Source: Antedon mediterranea
Lineage: Eukaryota; Animalia; Echinodermata
Reading direction: 5' to 3'
Assembly: GCF_964355755.1 (NCBI RefSeq)
Contig: NC_092676.1
Location: forward strand, 26,368,871-26,432,870
DNA length: 64,000 nucleotides
Position numbers and translations under genes: made by a program. This document shows, piece by piece, positions 1-11,663 of this stretch. The notes under the pieces were generated by a model. It was given only the letters and a program-made list of their open reading frames with translations. It did no database searches and had not been told where the DNA came from. Within the stretch, counting starts at the first letter, position 1. Every line of letters begins with the position of its first letter.

Positions 1-3000
1 AGATGAATGGGAGAGAGATCTATTAAAAGAGCCAAATCAACAGCAATTGAATGCAATGTGGGAGGTTGGTTTTAAGTGATTTATATATTGTATCTAAGTA
101 TACAGTGCGACATTGATCTAAATCCATTATGCATGCAATATAATATGACATGATATAATATAATATGGACATGATGATGTCATATCACTACCATATTTGG
201 GCATATCACTACCATATTTGGGCACATCACACTTTTTTTGTCAAACTAGTTTGATAGTGTAGACAAACCTTAAAAACTTTGTAGATTGACATCTATTATA
301 ATCTGGAGTATAGTATTTATAATGTGTTCAATCTTCGGATATTAAATAGTATATTAATTATTTTTTACTGTATTAAAAATATTAAGTATTTCTTTTCTCT
401 TTTTTTAGATACCTGCAATTGGACAATTTCTACTGCTATTTCAAGAAACGCTTGCCTTGAACGAATCTTCATATTACGAATTAGAGCGGTGCTTTCTCAT
501 ACCCCGGGAAAGTAAATTATTAGCCCAGATTTTTACTTGTTTACTGAGCTCTCCAACACAAAGGAAAAGGTAAATGATAGAATGGGGTGGAGTCAGATCT
601 GGGTGGAGTAGTAAAAGGTTTTATGTTTCCATTATTTTACTTTGTTTCCAGTGATTTTATTTCAAGTGAATATTTTTTTTATAGGGAAATAAGCAAGAAT
701 ATGGGAATGGCAATGCCATATAATGTTTGGCATAGAAAGTTGAAAGAAAAAGTACAGAAATGGTACCAGGTTGTAGATAACTGGCAAGATACACAGTGGG
801 TAAGTGAAACAATAGCTTAAGCTCTGTCTACACTATCAAACTTTATGTGACAAAAATATGTGATATGTCCATATATGGGCATGATGATGTCACATCACTA
901 CTATATTTAAGCATATCACTACCATATTTGGGCACATCACACTATTTTTGTCAAACTAGTTTGATAGTGTGGACAGAGCTTTAGCAGTCAAGTCCTTATT
1001 TTATGTCTGTTGAAAGAAGTTGGCCTTCTTCTGAACTAATTAAAGACTATAAAATATAAGCCTAGAAGTTATAAATTCTTATTATATATATACTCCTTTT
1101 AAAAAACCTATATCAATGAGTATGTTGTGACCAAATGTATTTTTTTTTATTAGGCTGCCTCTGATCTAGGAATTGACGTACATTTTTTCGAAGTGATGGG
1201 CGACACATTTCCTCTGGATGACTACCAGTACCATGAATTATCTTATTATCAACGTGTAATATTAATGAAGGCTGTATGTGACCATTGTCTTGTAAGTATA
1301 AATATTTTTTTCAATTATGTTGTTCCTTAAAACTCGCTGTATTTCACCTGGAAATCAAAATAATATCTTAATTCTCATGTCAGGAGATGCAGCCAACTTT
1401 AAGACAAAGTTTGGATGCGCAACTAAGCAACCAAGATCAACGTGCAATTGTTCTAGGAGAAGACTCCAGTGGCAATACTTACGTTCATTTTCCACAGTTT
1501 TGTGGCTATGACCTCAGGGTATACAAGCAAGCACCATTCCCAGAACCAGAACTCCGGTATATTGAAGTGGATGAGCCAGATGAACCAGAAAAGGTAATTT
1601 AAGAAGTAAATTTTCTTAAATTTTATGAGAGAAAAAAAAACATTTTATCTTGACCAATTAAAGTGTATTATTTCCTAAAATATATTTTTCTTTAATTTAA
1701 GAAGTAATTTCTTTACATTTTATGATAAAGAAGTCATTTTTATATTGATCAATAAGTTTATTATAATTTCCAAAATATTTTTTTTTCAGATGGATGTTGA
1801 AAATAAAGAAAGCACAATTAATAATGAATGTGAAGATGAGGCCAACAAGATTGCATCACCAGAACAAAGAAAGAGGCCGAGCAATTTACGACAGGTATTT
1901 CATAATAAATAATTTTATCTATATCATTATCTGTAAATGTGATCCAATTTGTTTGTCTAGTTTGTATTTTAAATATTAGTAATGAATATAACTACTGATT
2001 TGTATCCTATTACCATATTAAAATAAATTTTAGGAAATTATAAATATACTGAATGTTTACTTTATCTTCAGAGACTGACTCCTGTGATAAAAGATTTTAG
2101 TCAAAGAAAACGCTCAAAAAATAACAAGTCTTCCAAAGAGAAAAATGTTGTAAACATCAAAGATCCAGTTACAGATTCTACAAGCAAAAATCAAGAAGAA
2201 GAAAAAACTGAAGATAAGAAGATTAGTAAGGAGGACAATGATAAAAAAGAAAATGATTTACTTTCGGTTAGGGTTTGTTCACCTGAATTGACCAATGACA
2301 AAGTGGCTTCTAAACTTGATGTTAAGAAAGAAGAGAGTAATCACAACAATTCAAACTCGGCACTGGTTTTGAATTCAGATGATCATTTATACAACGATAA
2401 ACCTAAAGTTTCTACTTTTACTAGCAATTTCCAAAAGGTTAATGGACAAATTAAGACACAGTGTAAAGACGATGAATCAGACACTAAAGAATCTAAAGTG
2501 TCTGAAGCGTCGAGTATATGTGAAGTACAACTTAAAAAAGATATAAAGAATTCTGATGACAGTACTGTGATTGAAAAGGAACATGTGGAGAATTTGCCAT
2601 TTGATAAAGATGTTGAAGATTCTGAAAGAGTTGTAAAAGAAGGAGAAAAATCATTTACAAATGTGGAAACAACTGATCTGGTGAAAGAAGAAGAGACTAA
2701 ACAAGAAAAAGATATTGTAGAATTGATGGAACCACAAGTAGCAGAACCATCTGTGAAATCAAATCTGGACACAGATCAAGAAAAATTAGGAATAATTTGT
2801 AATAACGATCCAACAAATGAGACAGACAAAAACCTCAGCAGCAGTGACAATGATAGATCTGAGATGATGGATACCAATGTTCTGAAAAAGCAAGAACCTC
2901 TAAAACAAAGGTTGGAATTGCCAAAAATAGAACCAGATAGAGATGTTTTTGAATTGGTGTGTGATAGTGTTGAGTCTTTAAAATCTTTGGTGGAAGAATT

Positions 3001-5534
3001 TGCTGAGAAAGAACCAGTTGAAGTTACGAAAGGAAGAAAAAAGAAGGTATGGATGTAAAAGTTGACATTGTGTCTGTTTTTTATAGGTTGTGAAAAATTT
3101 AAATACAGTAATTTTATGTATTCTGGTTTGAAAGGTTTTATAATCTTAATATTTATAATAAAATAATGCAAAGATGTATTTTGATGGTTAATTTGGATGA
3201 TTGTTTCAGATCATTAAGCCTCCGCCACGAACTCAATCCGAAGTTGAGCTTCATGAGAGACTTGCCCGCTTACTTGTAGAATTATCGCCCCATGAATCAA
3301 AACTCTGTAATTCTGTTGGAAGAGTTAAAGAACGCCTTCGCAAAGAGGTTGACAACTTTCAAGATAGCCAAGAGGTAAGAAAAACTTGATTTTTTTATTC
3401 TTCAGAATGACATTCCGAAGTATAGTATACCATTTCATTTCTGGCATAATAATTTTCTTTTTAGGAAAGTGATAGTTGGGAGTCTGAATCCTCATCTGGA
3501 TCATCGTCTTCTGATTCTGACAGCAGTGATTCTGATGAAGATGAGGAAGAGAATGGGGAAGATAAAAAAGCGAAAGAAGAACAAGAGCAACTAAAACAGT
3601 CTATCGAAGAAGAGGTAATGGAAACTGATGAACCATTTTTAGGTATTAGTACTAGAGCTCAGAAAATCTCAAAGAAAAAGGAGTTAATAAAAGCTAGAAA
3701 GAGAGCAAAACTATGTGGCAATAAAGAAGAAACTAAAGCGAAAAAACCGTGTGTAAAGAATTCCAATTCTACAACTCCTACACCAGATTCCATCTGTGTT
3801 ACAAAATCAGTACCAATATCCATTAACATTGGCAATATTTATCAAACCTTGCAGAACCAAGTTGCTGCAGCATGCGCTAAAACTGCAGAAAAACATTCCT
3901 CAGTTTCGTCTACAAACATTCCAGTCAAGTCTCAATCAAAGATTTTTTTCAGCAACCCAAAATTATCAACCGCTCCAGCAAAGAAAATAATTGTTGATGA
4001 ATCAACTTGGAAGGAGATACAAAATGATCCAACAAGACAAAAAGAGATTGTATTAAAATATTTGATTCAACAGAAACAAAAACTCTCAGGCCAAAGCAAA
4101 CAGATCATCTCTCAAAATCGATCTACTCAGGAATTACATTATGCTGCAAATAAGAGTATTAACGGACCAGTTCCAACGTCTAGTTTACTTAGCAATCTAT
4201 CTCAAACATACCAATTGGCTCCAGTAACTAAGCAACATACACATGGAGAGTCACCTGCATCATCGGCAGTTGGCAGTCGAGATAAACAAATTCAGTATCT
4301 GCAATCTATGTTAAAAGAGCCTCAAAGAAAAGTAGAGAGTAATCAGAAAGAAATATTTCTAGAAAAACTGTCAACCTCCAGTATACCCAGTAATGATCTA
4401 TCTGGAGAAATGCACTCATCAACAAGTGACCAGCAGAAAATGGCAGAAGTGCAAAGACAGCTACTTCAAGCAAAGAAACAAAAAGAAAATATGTTGGCAC
4501 AACAGTGGTTGCAACAACTTCTTTCACTTCAACAGACAACAAGTGTGAAGCCTGTCAGTCAAGTTTCTACTTTGCCAAACATTAGATTACCTACAACTTC
4601 AAGACCGGAGACTAATATACAAACACTTCCAAATTCACAGACAGCAAATGCTGTCAGGGCGATCCCAAATGTGCTTGCAACTTCAATTCCTTCAGCAGGG
4701 ACCAAGGTATTAACTGATGGCTCCGTAGTAAAGATTCAAGCAAATGCAGCCAGCACATCTGATAATAAAACAAGCACTACAAAGGGTAAGCAAGAGATGG
4801 TTGTCTCATTAGATTGTCTACAAAAGATTTTGAACACAAGTCAGAACACTACTGCAACCACCACAATTACTTCTCACAGTATCAACAATAATGCTGTCAG
4901 AGTGACTACAAGTCAGTTAAGTAATCCTACTATCACTAAATTACCTCCAACTGTCCAAACTTTCCAAGCTGCCTCTCAACCAACAAATCAAGGTCAGATT
5001 TGCATTGTCAAAATGGCTGATGGAACATTACGGACATTGAAGTTTGTCAACCAAAAAATACCGGTCAATAAGAAAGTTCTAACATCAAGCCTTTTGAGTA
5101 ATCAAGGCAGTACTGTGTTCCTTAATTCACCTGTATCCCAAAACATAAGCAAGCCGCAATGCTCAAACAATGTGTCTAATGTACAATCTACCGTGACAAT
5201 TCAAAATTCACCAATTGTGGCAAATCAGTCGCCAAGTGTTAAACCTTCACCATCTGTTTTAACACCACCTTCCATTTCTGCAAGTACTACTAAAACCACA
5301 ATAGCAGGAACTCCAAAGCAGATTGTGCCAATCAAAATTACACTTACTGCAGAGGAATTCAAGATATACAAGAGTTCAAGAGTTTTGCCATCTCGTTACA
5401 ATTCTGTGATCACCGTTCCACAAAGTCACAAGGAAGCAGAAAAAAGTGGTGAGAATGGTTCTCTCCAACTAAAATGCCAAGATATGAACAGCAGTAACAC
5501 AGACATAAACAGTAGTAACAAGATTGTACAGTGA
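1..5534 (+). CDS. BRD10: KIAA2026/BRD10-like chromatin protein, 5'-truncated, multi-exon (approx. exons 1-64, 409-569, 684-798, 1154-1291, 1384-1593, 1790-1894, 2072-3046, 3210-3373, 3465-5534)
   Basis: Spliced translation MWEIPAIGQFLLLFQETL...YELERCFLIP...MPYNVWHRKLKEKVQKWY...LGEDSSGNTYVHFPQFCGYDLRVYKQ matches the recalled KIAA2026 conserved block (MWELPAIGHFL...YVHFPQFCGADVRIYKQ). GT-AG introns; long low-complexity last exon. Confidence 0.85.
820..980. mobile_element. PIF/Harbinger (Tourist-like) MITE, representative of the most abundant family in the window
   Basis: TIR AGCTCTGTCTACACTATCAAACT, TTA/TTA TSD, internal 21-bp repeats GGGCATATCACTACCATATTT. Other full or partial copies near 160-270, 10987-11198, 14562-14642 (TAA TSD), 15008-15170, 30018-30168, 31004-31177, 34190-34305, 48779-48933, 50048-50408, 52195-52330, 56312-56619, 57343-57453, 59413-59834, 60151-60266, 60521-60634. 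Confidence 0.85.
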
Positions 5535-6239
5535 AAGATATTGAAATATTTATTTTGAGATGCAAACCAAAATATAAATTCATTTTACTTGAAGCTATAA
5601 CAAAGGTTTTGAATCTTTTAAATTTGATTTACAATATGTTACGGAAAAAGTTATATTCATCAAGCAAAAATTGAAGTTTATATGTTTATTTTATTTTTGC
5701 TTTAGAAGATTTCATGGCTAAAGTATTAATGCAATCGATATCACAAGTTTCTGAAATATTTTGTTTTTGGAAAAGATGAAAATATTATAATAATTTGATT
5801 TTATACAGTAGTTGTATTTGATTATATTTATTAATATATTTACATATATTAAATACAAATTGAATTAAACAAGTTGATTGTATCACATTGAATTCAATTG
5901 GTTATGGTGTTAGAAAATTATTATGATGACAGTACGCTGGATCTACAAAATATGTGTTTATTTCTGTTATTTATATTTATTATATATTATTCTTTGAAAT
6001 CATTCAGAATATATTTGTGTATATTTTCATGATTTTGTACAAAAATTATAATAAAAGACAGACTTTTGGACCTTAACAATGTTAACATATTTTTTATTTT
6101 GTGGCACTGTTACAGATAGGGCTGATGGTGTACGATGTTGAATTCAAATAAATATATTAATTTTATCATTATTTTTAAATAAAAGCCTTTGGAATATGGA
6201 GGTATAATTTCATGTTTGGAACAATTTTACTTCGTACTT

Positions 6240-6420
6240 ATACGTCTGCGCATGCGTAATTACATTATACAGTTAGACAACCACCAACTGCTGATCATGA
6301 ACTACTGACCAATCACGAACGGCATATCCCAGCCACCACCAAACAACAGCCACATCGTGCACAGGAGGCGCGGCGTGGTCTTTAGTTCGCATCGTCAACG
6401 ACTTGGCGAAATTGTAAGTC
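6240..6420 (+). promoter_or_regulatory. Orphan promoter and putative short non-coding first exon
   Basis: NRF1-type TGCGCATGCG at 6247, CCAAT at about 6309, local CpG enrichment, GTAAGT donor at 6414, then a CTAG/AGGCCT cluster. Confidence 0.45.
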
Positions 6421-7869
6421 ATCAATTAAATTACAGTTTATAGATTTTAAAGTCGTAATAAATACGTAAAGAGTATACAACTAAAATGTCGCTGCTGTCA
6501 TCTTCTTACCGGGTCTCTCTTGTGGCCTAGCCTGGGCCTACATACAGGATTAGACTAGCCAAGGTAGGTAGGCAAGCCTAGTACTATCGGTAGGCCTAGT
6601 AGCATACTCTGCTATAGGCAAGGCCGTCTAGCTTTGAATCGAATAAATGTCCTGAACCAAGTATACTGCTTGGTGGTTGGTGTGTTGGACCCACCTGTAC
6701 CTCATGATGATCTGACTGGCGGCATAAAAAGTGTCTGAGGCCTAACCAGACCTCTGCCTAAAAATTAATATAAATTGTTGGACTTATTTGTATTAACTAT
6801 TATTGTGTTATAAATTTGTTTTGTTTTACTTGTACAATAATAGACAATAGGTAGAGAAAATTGCGGGTATAGCAATGAACGTCATCAGCTGATGAATCTA
6901 TTTTAATTATTTTTAAATATTCATTATCGTTGAGTTGTGTGTACGACGTAGAAACGGGGAATGCCTGCGTGATGAAACGATTTAATTGAAATATTGAATC
7001 AAAACATCAGTCATCATTAACACGTTGTTTTCGATTGAAAAACAAATTGTTCTGGTTGAAGTGAGACTTAATTTAAATCAAAGTAAAATATAAAAACACG
7101 TTACAAATAATAATATGTGATAATATCGTATTTATTTACTGTATGGAATGTAATTACAGGTTGTCACGTGTTGTGTAAAGAAAGGGACAATAAACGAACA
7201 GTTCCATGGCACGTGACGGAAGATATTTGTAGATAATTATTGATTTTTTGTTAAAGTGGCCTATACTTTCTGAATGATGGATGATACTATATGCCTATAT
7301 AGCCTAATCCCAACTTGGTCCTCCTGTCTGTCTGTCATTTCAATCCATTGTCTTTGGGCACAATTATGTTAACCGTGCGTTATAATAATGACGTGTGTTT
7401 CTTAGTCACACAAGATCAGGTCTCCACAGTGTCACCTGACCGTAACTCTAAACGTCATCATAAACGTTCCTTTAATTAAAACAATGCATTAAAATGAGTT
7501 TTTATTACTTCCCTCTGCGTTTGACTGATAAATATACAAATACAGTACCCGCATCCATTAACATTGTAGATTATAGGACGGTATTATGTCATGGCATTTA
7601 CATTTACAGGTACGTCGTGTTTCACACGCGATCTTCTGTAACCTTCTTTTTGCAGATGATTGGTGGAGTATGAATTCAATGGAAAAATCCATTAAAAAAA
7701 TAACTATTATTAGTGGTATCCGATTGTAATAAAAGTATTGAAAAATGACATTACGTAACCATTTGTGTGGGGCCGTCACCAAGTGTGACCACTCCATTTG
7801 GTATGACAGGAACATCAGCCGCATGTCCGAGATTAGTGTACAAACATTCAGCCACTATAATGACATTGC

Positions 7870-8289
7870 CTACTGGGCTTCACCTCTCTTAAAGATCCTT
7901 TTACATACGACACCGTCCTTATTCATAGTCTGAACTAGCTCATCGTTGATAATCTCCCTGGTGACTGTCGGGTTATCTGTACCACTAACTGGTTCCACTA
8001 TCAGTTTACCGTCTTCTATCCGTGGCTTCATTTCGAAACTGTTTCCGGTCATCTTATTCGCTCCTTTGAATGGTTCTCCGATTTTAAATTTAGTTTCGTT
8101 GGTATCTCTTGGTGTCTTGGTAGAAATCACAAAATCATCACCGGATTGTTTTATTGTTACAGTGATATTTTTCGCAAAACCATTAATGATTTTTCTTTTC
8201 ATCCAGTTCACTCCCATCTTAGACAAAAATTCATCAAAGTTTTCGTCTCTGTCCAGCTTCCAGACTCCGTTTAGGTCAACCGTTGCCAT
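7870..8289 (-). CDS. Fatty acid-binding protein / intracellular lipid-binding protein (FABP/CRABP family), intronless CDS
   Basis: MATVDLNGVWKLDRDENFDEFLSKMGVNWMKRK...ETKFKIGEPF...VTREIINDELVQTM...VVCKRIFKR has the iLBP GxWKL..ENFDEF signature. TATA-like TATAAA on the minus strand near 8412-8417. Confidence 0.92.
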   Translation of the reverse strand: MATVDLNGVWKLDRDENFDEFLSKMGVNWMKRKIINGFAKNITVTIKQSGDDFVISTKTPRDTNETKFKIGEPFKGANKMTGNSFEMKPRIEDGKLIVEPVSGTDNPTVTREIINDELVQTMNKDGVVCKRIFKRGEAQ

Positions 8290-9729
8290 AATGGTTTCAC
8301 ACACACCTTGTAGAGGTATAAAAAAACGACGTGTACACACGTACGACTAGATCGTTTGAAATATTTGTCAGAGCTTAGCCTACACAGTCGCACGACTCTT
8401 TCTTGTCTGCCTTTATACCGGTAAATCACTTCGCATATGTATTTAGTCTGATTATGGCTAGATTTTTTGAATGGTACTTATTATAATGTAATCAATGAAG
8501 TGTAAAGACGACCTTTCTCATACATTCAGGGATTGCCTTCAAAGTATAGGTATTATTATTCATTTCAGTAACGATTAATTTGTTGCGCGCGTACAAAAGA
8601 CGTTTTAATTTCAACAAAATTTGAACGCGCGCGTCAAATCAGCCTAGAACAATTGATCAAATTAATCTAATTGGTGTGGAAATAATGGTCTCGTAAAAAG
8701 TATATAGGTGTAACACCTCAAATTTTAGATTTTTGCATAATGAGTCTGTCTTCTATGAATCCCGCTACGAATGCAGGAATTCCAATTAATAAACAGCAGG
8801 CGAACTTAATAATAATGCTGCAGTGTACATTTTGTGTGGGAGGTGGGGTGGATGGGGGGTCGAAAAGGTGGTCAATGATTAATAGGACGCGCTTGTAAGC
8901 GGCAACTGTTGTTTTTTTACATTTTTTCTAAGCCAAAATTGCAAAAAAAAGAAGACCCCTAAGAAGAAGATTCGAGGTGTCCTGGGATTGGTCATGCATT
9001 TATGTGTAGAAGTTCATCTATTGTCTGCAACTCTATTGAAAAATATATGTACAAGTTCACCCTTTATATACTAAAATACCTCCAAAACCGTGTCAGACAT
9101 TCCATTTCCTGCTCATTTGTTCATTATGGACAAAACAAATGACAGAACTCTATTTCGGTTCGGTGCGTATCAAGATGACAAAAAAAACACAAAGTCATGT
9201 CACTGGGACTTAAAATCACCTTTAATTCAGTCCCCGGATGAGCATAACTTTTGACAAATCATCCGATAGATGCATATATCCTCTGGACCAATCCGATGAC
9301 TGAAGACACAGCTCAGACAAGCCTAAAGTAAAGAGGAACCGCGGGCTTGGAAGGCTATACAGTACAGTACTATAGTTATGTTATTTCATTCAACTTGTAG
9401 GTCTTTTAAATATCACAGGGGTTTTTATTTATGATGATATCTAAAAAAAACCTCCTCCCTCATAACCACACCAACGACGATGAGAAACCTTCGTGAATAT
9501 ATTATTCATTAAAATAATTGATACAAAATGTGACGACTTTCTGCCAACGCGTTTGGGTCAACGCGTGAAGGATAAATAACAACGTTGTTGGTTCGCCCTT
9601 GATTGCACAGCTGTGAAGTAATTTTTAATCAAACAGCACACACACCTCTAGCCTAAGTAGGCCTAGCCTAGACAGGAATTGATCGAGAATACAAGTAAAG
9701 AAAATATAGTTTTAACTAAGCTTAAAACT

Positions 9730-9951
9730 ATGTCTGCAGAAGAGCATTTAGATAACCTAGAACACTACAATTTTGATCCACCCAGCCGGGGAAGTGGAGC
9801 AGGAGGAAAAGGACTTTCGAAGAAGGAGAAGGCCGATAAACAACACCAACATGAACATTTGTCCAACAAGGAGGCTAGGATAGTTGAAGATCAGATCGTG
9901 AATTCAGAACAAAAACAAAAGAATAAGGCTATCAAACAAAACAGCAAATAG
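9730..9951 (+). CDS. NUPR1: NUPR1/p8-like small stress-induced nuclear protein (73 aa)
   Basis: MSAEEHLDNLEHYNFD...GKGLSKKEK...NKEARIVEDQIVNSEQK resembles the p8 family pattern (D.Y/EHYNFD, G.GR.K.E, RK...L.N.E.K). CTAG cluster just upstream. Confidence 0.7.
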   Translation: MSAEEHLDNLEHYNFDPPSRGSGAGGKGLSKKEKADKQHQHEHLSNKEARIVEDQIVNSEQKQKNKAIKQNSK

Positions 9952-11663
9952 TGGATGACTTGCATAAAGTTTTCAATGGTGTGTTTGATAATTGATTGAT
10001 TGATAATATTAATAATTGTATTAATAATTACTAACCCGATACTGATGATGTGTTTTTATCATACCTAAACTCAATCAAAACGAGAGTAACTTAGTTGTAA
10101 TGTTATTGTATAGGTTAGGCACACATTGATTATTTTAATAATAATTGATATGTACAGTATACTACCGCTCACTAAAATGAGAAGTAATTATTAGTACCTG
10201 TTTGTTGGTTGGATCTTTTTATTTCATTTTCTAAAACTTGAATGCACAAAGACTTACAATGTACCTTTAAAAACATTATTTCTTACTATTACTAGTATTT
10301 ATTTTCAGGTTGGCTAACATTCTGGAAAAGGACAATGGTATGGATAACAAGGAATTGATCAATGGAATAAAACAAGTTCATGTCTCCCAACAAACAGCAA
10401 CTTGCCACTGGGAACAATTTTAAAGTCAATTTTATATGACTTACTAAAAGCTATGTTTTAAATTGGAAGTACTATAAACCAATATAATTATACTCCTTGT
10501 GTAGTTATTTTTGTTAATACCATGCCCATTAACCTAAAATACAATACATGTTGATTTAATGTTAATTAGTTTCATTATTAGGAATATTTAATTAATAATT
10601 AATAATACAATCTCTTTTTGAATTTAGAAACAACAGTAAACACAATTTGGTGCAATTCTGTCTAGATTACAGCAGTTTCATGCTCATATAATGTCTTCAT
10701 TTAGAAATTTATAATTAAATTTATGATATATTGTTTTGGTGGATTTATAAAAGATGGAGCTTCATATATACACACTTTATTAATATCAGATTTATGGAAA
10801 CGGTACACTGTCGTAACTTTGTAATGTTCTTTATAAATATACTCAGTAGTGATAGCACTTAGCACTGTATTCACTGGTAAAGCAATTAAAAAATATTGTG
10901 TGGATTATAAGTATATATCTTTTTTCAGACAATTAAAATATGTTCAGTACTTAACCAAAATGGAAGTACATAGTGTAGTTATTTTCAGCTCTGTCTACAC
11001 TATCAAATTTTATGTGATGTGCCCATATGTGGACAGGGTGATGTTATATCACTCCCATATTTAAGCATATCACTACCATATTTGGGCATATCAATACCAT
11101 ATTTGGGCATATCACTACCATATTTGGGCATATCACTACCATATTTGGGCACGTCCCACTTTTTTTGTCAAACTAGTTTGATAGTAGTAGACTGAGCTTT
11201 AGGTTTTATTTTCTGTAGCAGAATATATAAATCGTCTATTTATTACAAATCGTGATGGAATGCAATAACTAATATAAGTACTTAATCATAAATAAGTACT
11301 TACTAAATATCATGCAGGAAAACCATGTCGGAGAGGTTTTCTAGTAAGTATATTATTCAATGAATATTCTTTGGTATATTTCATAAAAACAGAAGGCTGT
11401 ACATTTTTCATACAGCAAATTATACTTCACAAACAGGTACATTACAGCAATGAATCGTTTGGATATTTAAACGCAATTTATTTCGACAAAATTATTTTAT
11501 TAAAATATGATGCAATATTTTAGCTGCAGACCAGCCACGTCATACAACAACAAACATGCGAGTCCAGTGAAGAGAGAAATCACACAGCAACTATAAATAT
11601 ACCATTACGTCATGCATCCAGGGAAGTCCCAAATGTGGTAGCGCCCTCTCTAAGTAAACAAAG

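Noticed and set aside
2383-3171. Antisense ORFs (also 7946-8350, 28974-29264) and ORFs in repeats (13827-14128, 20390-20832, 35536-35851)
   Set aside because: Shadows of real exons or of tandem and inverted repeats, with no protein features.
6297-6416. ATG AAC TAC TGA followed by an open frame, a possible selenoprotein readthrough
   Set aside because: No recognisable protein or redox motif and no SECIS identified; the segment overlaps promoter motifs.
9231-9308. Box C/D-like segment (GGATGA...CCGA...CTGA) with a possible 18S-complementary GGACCAATCCGA
   Set aside because: Box C is non-canonical, the terminal stem is weak, the target cannot be verified, and the context (8880-9350) looks like a decayed transposon.
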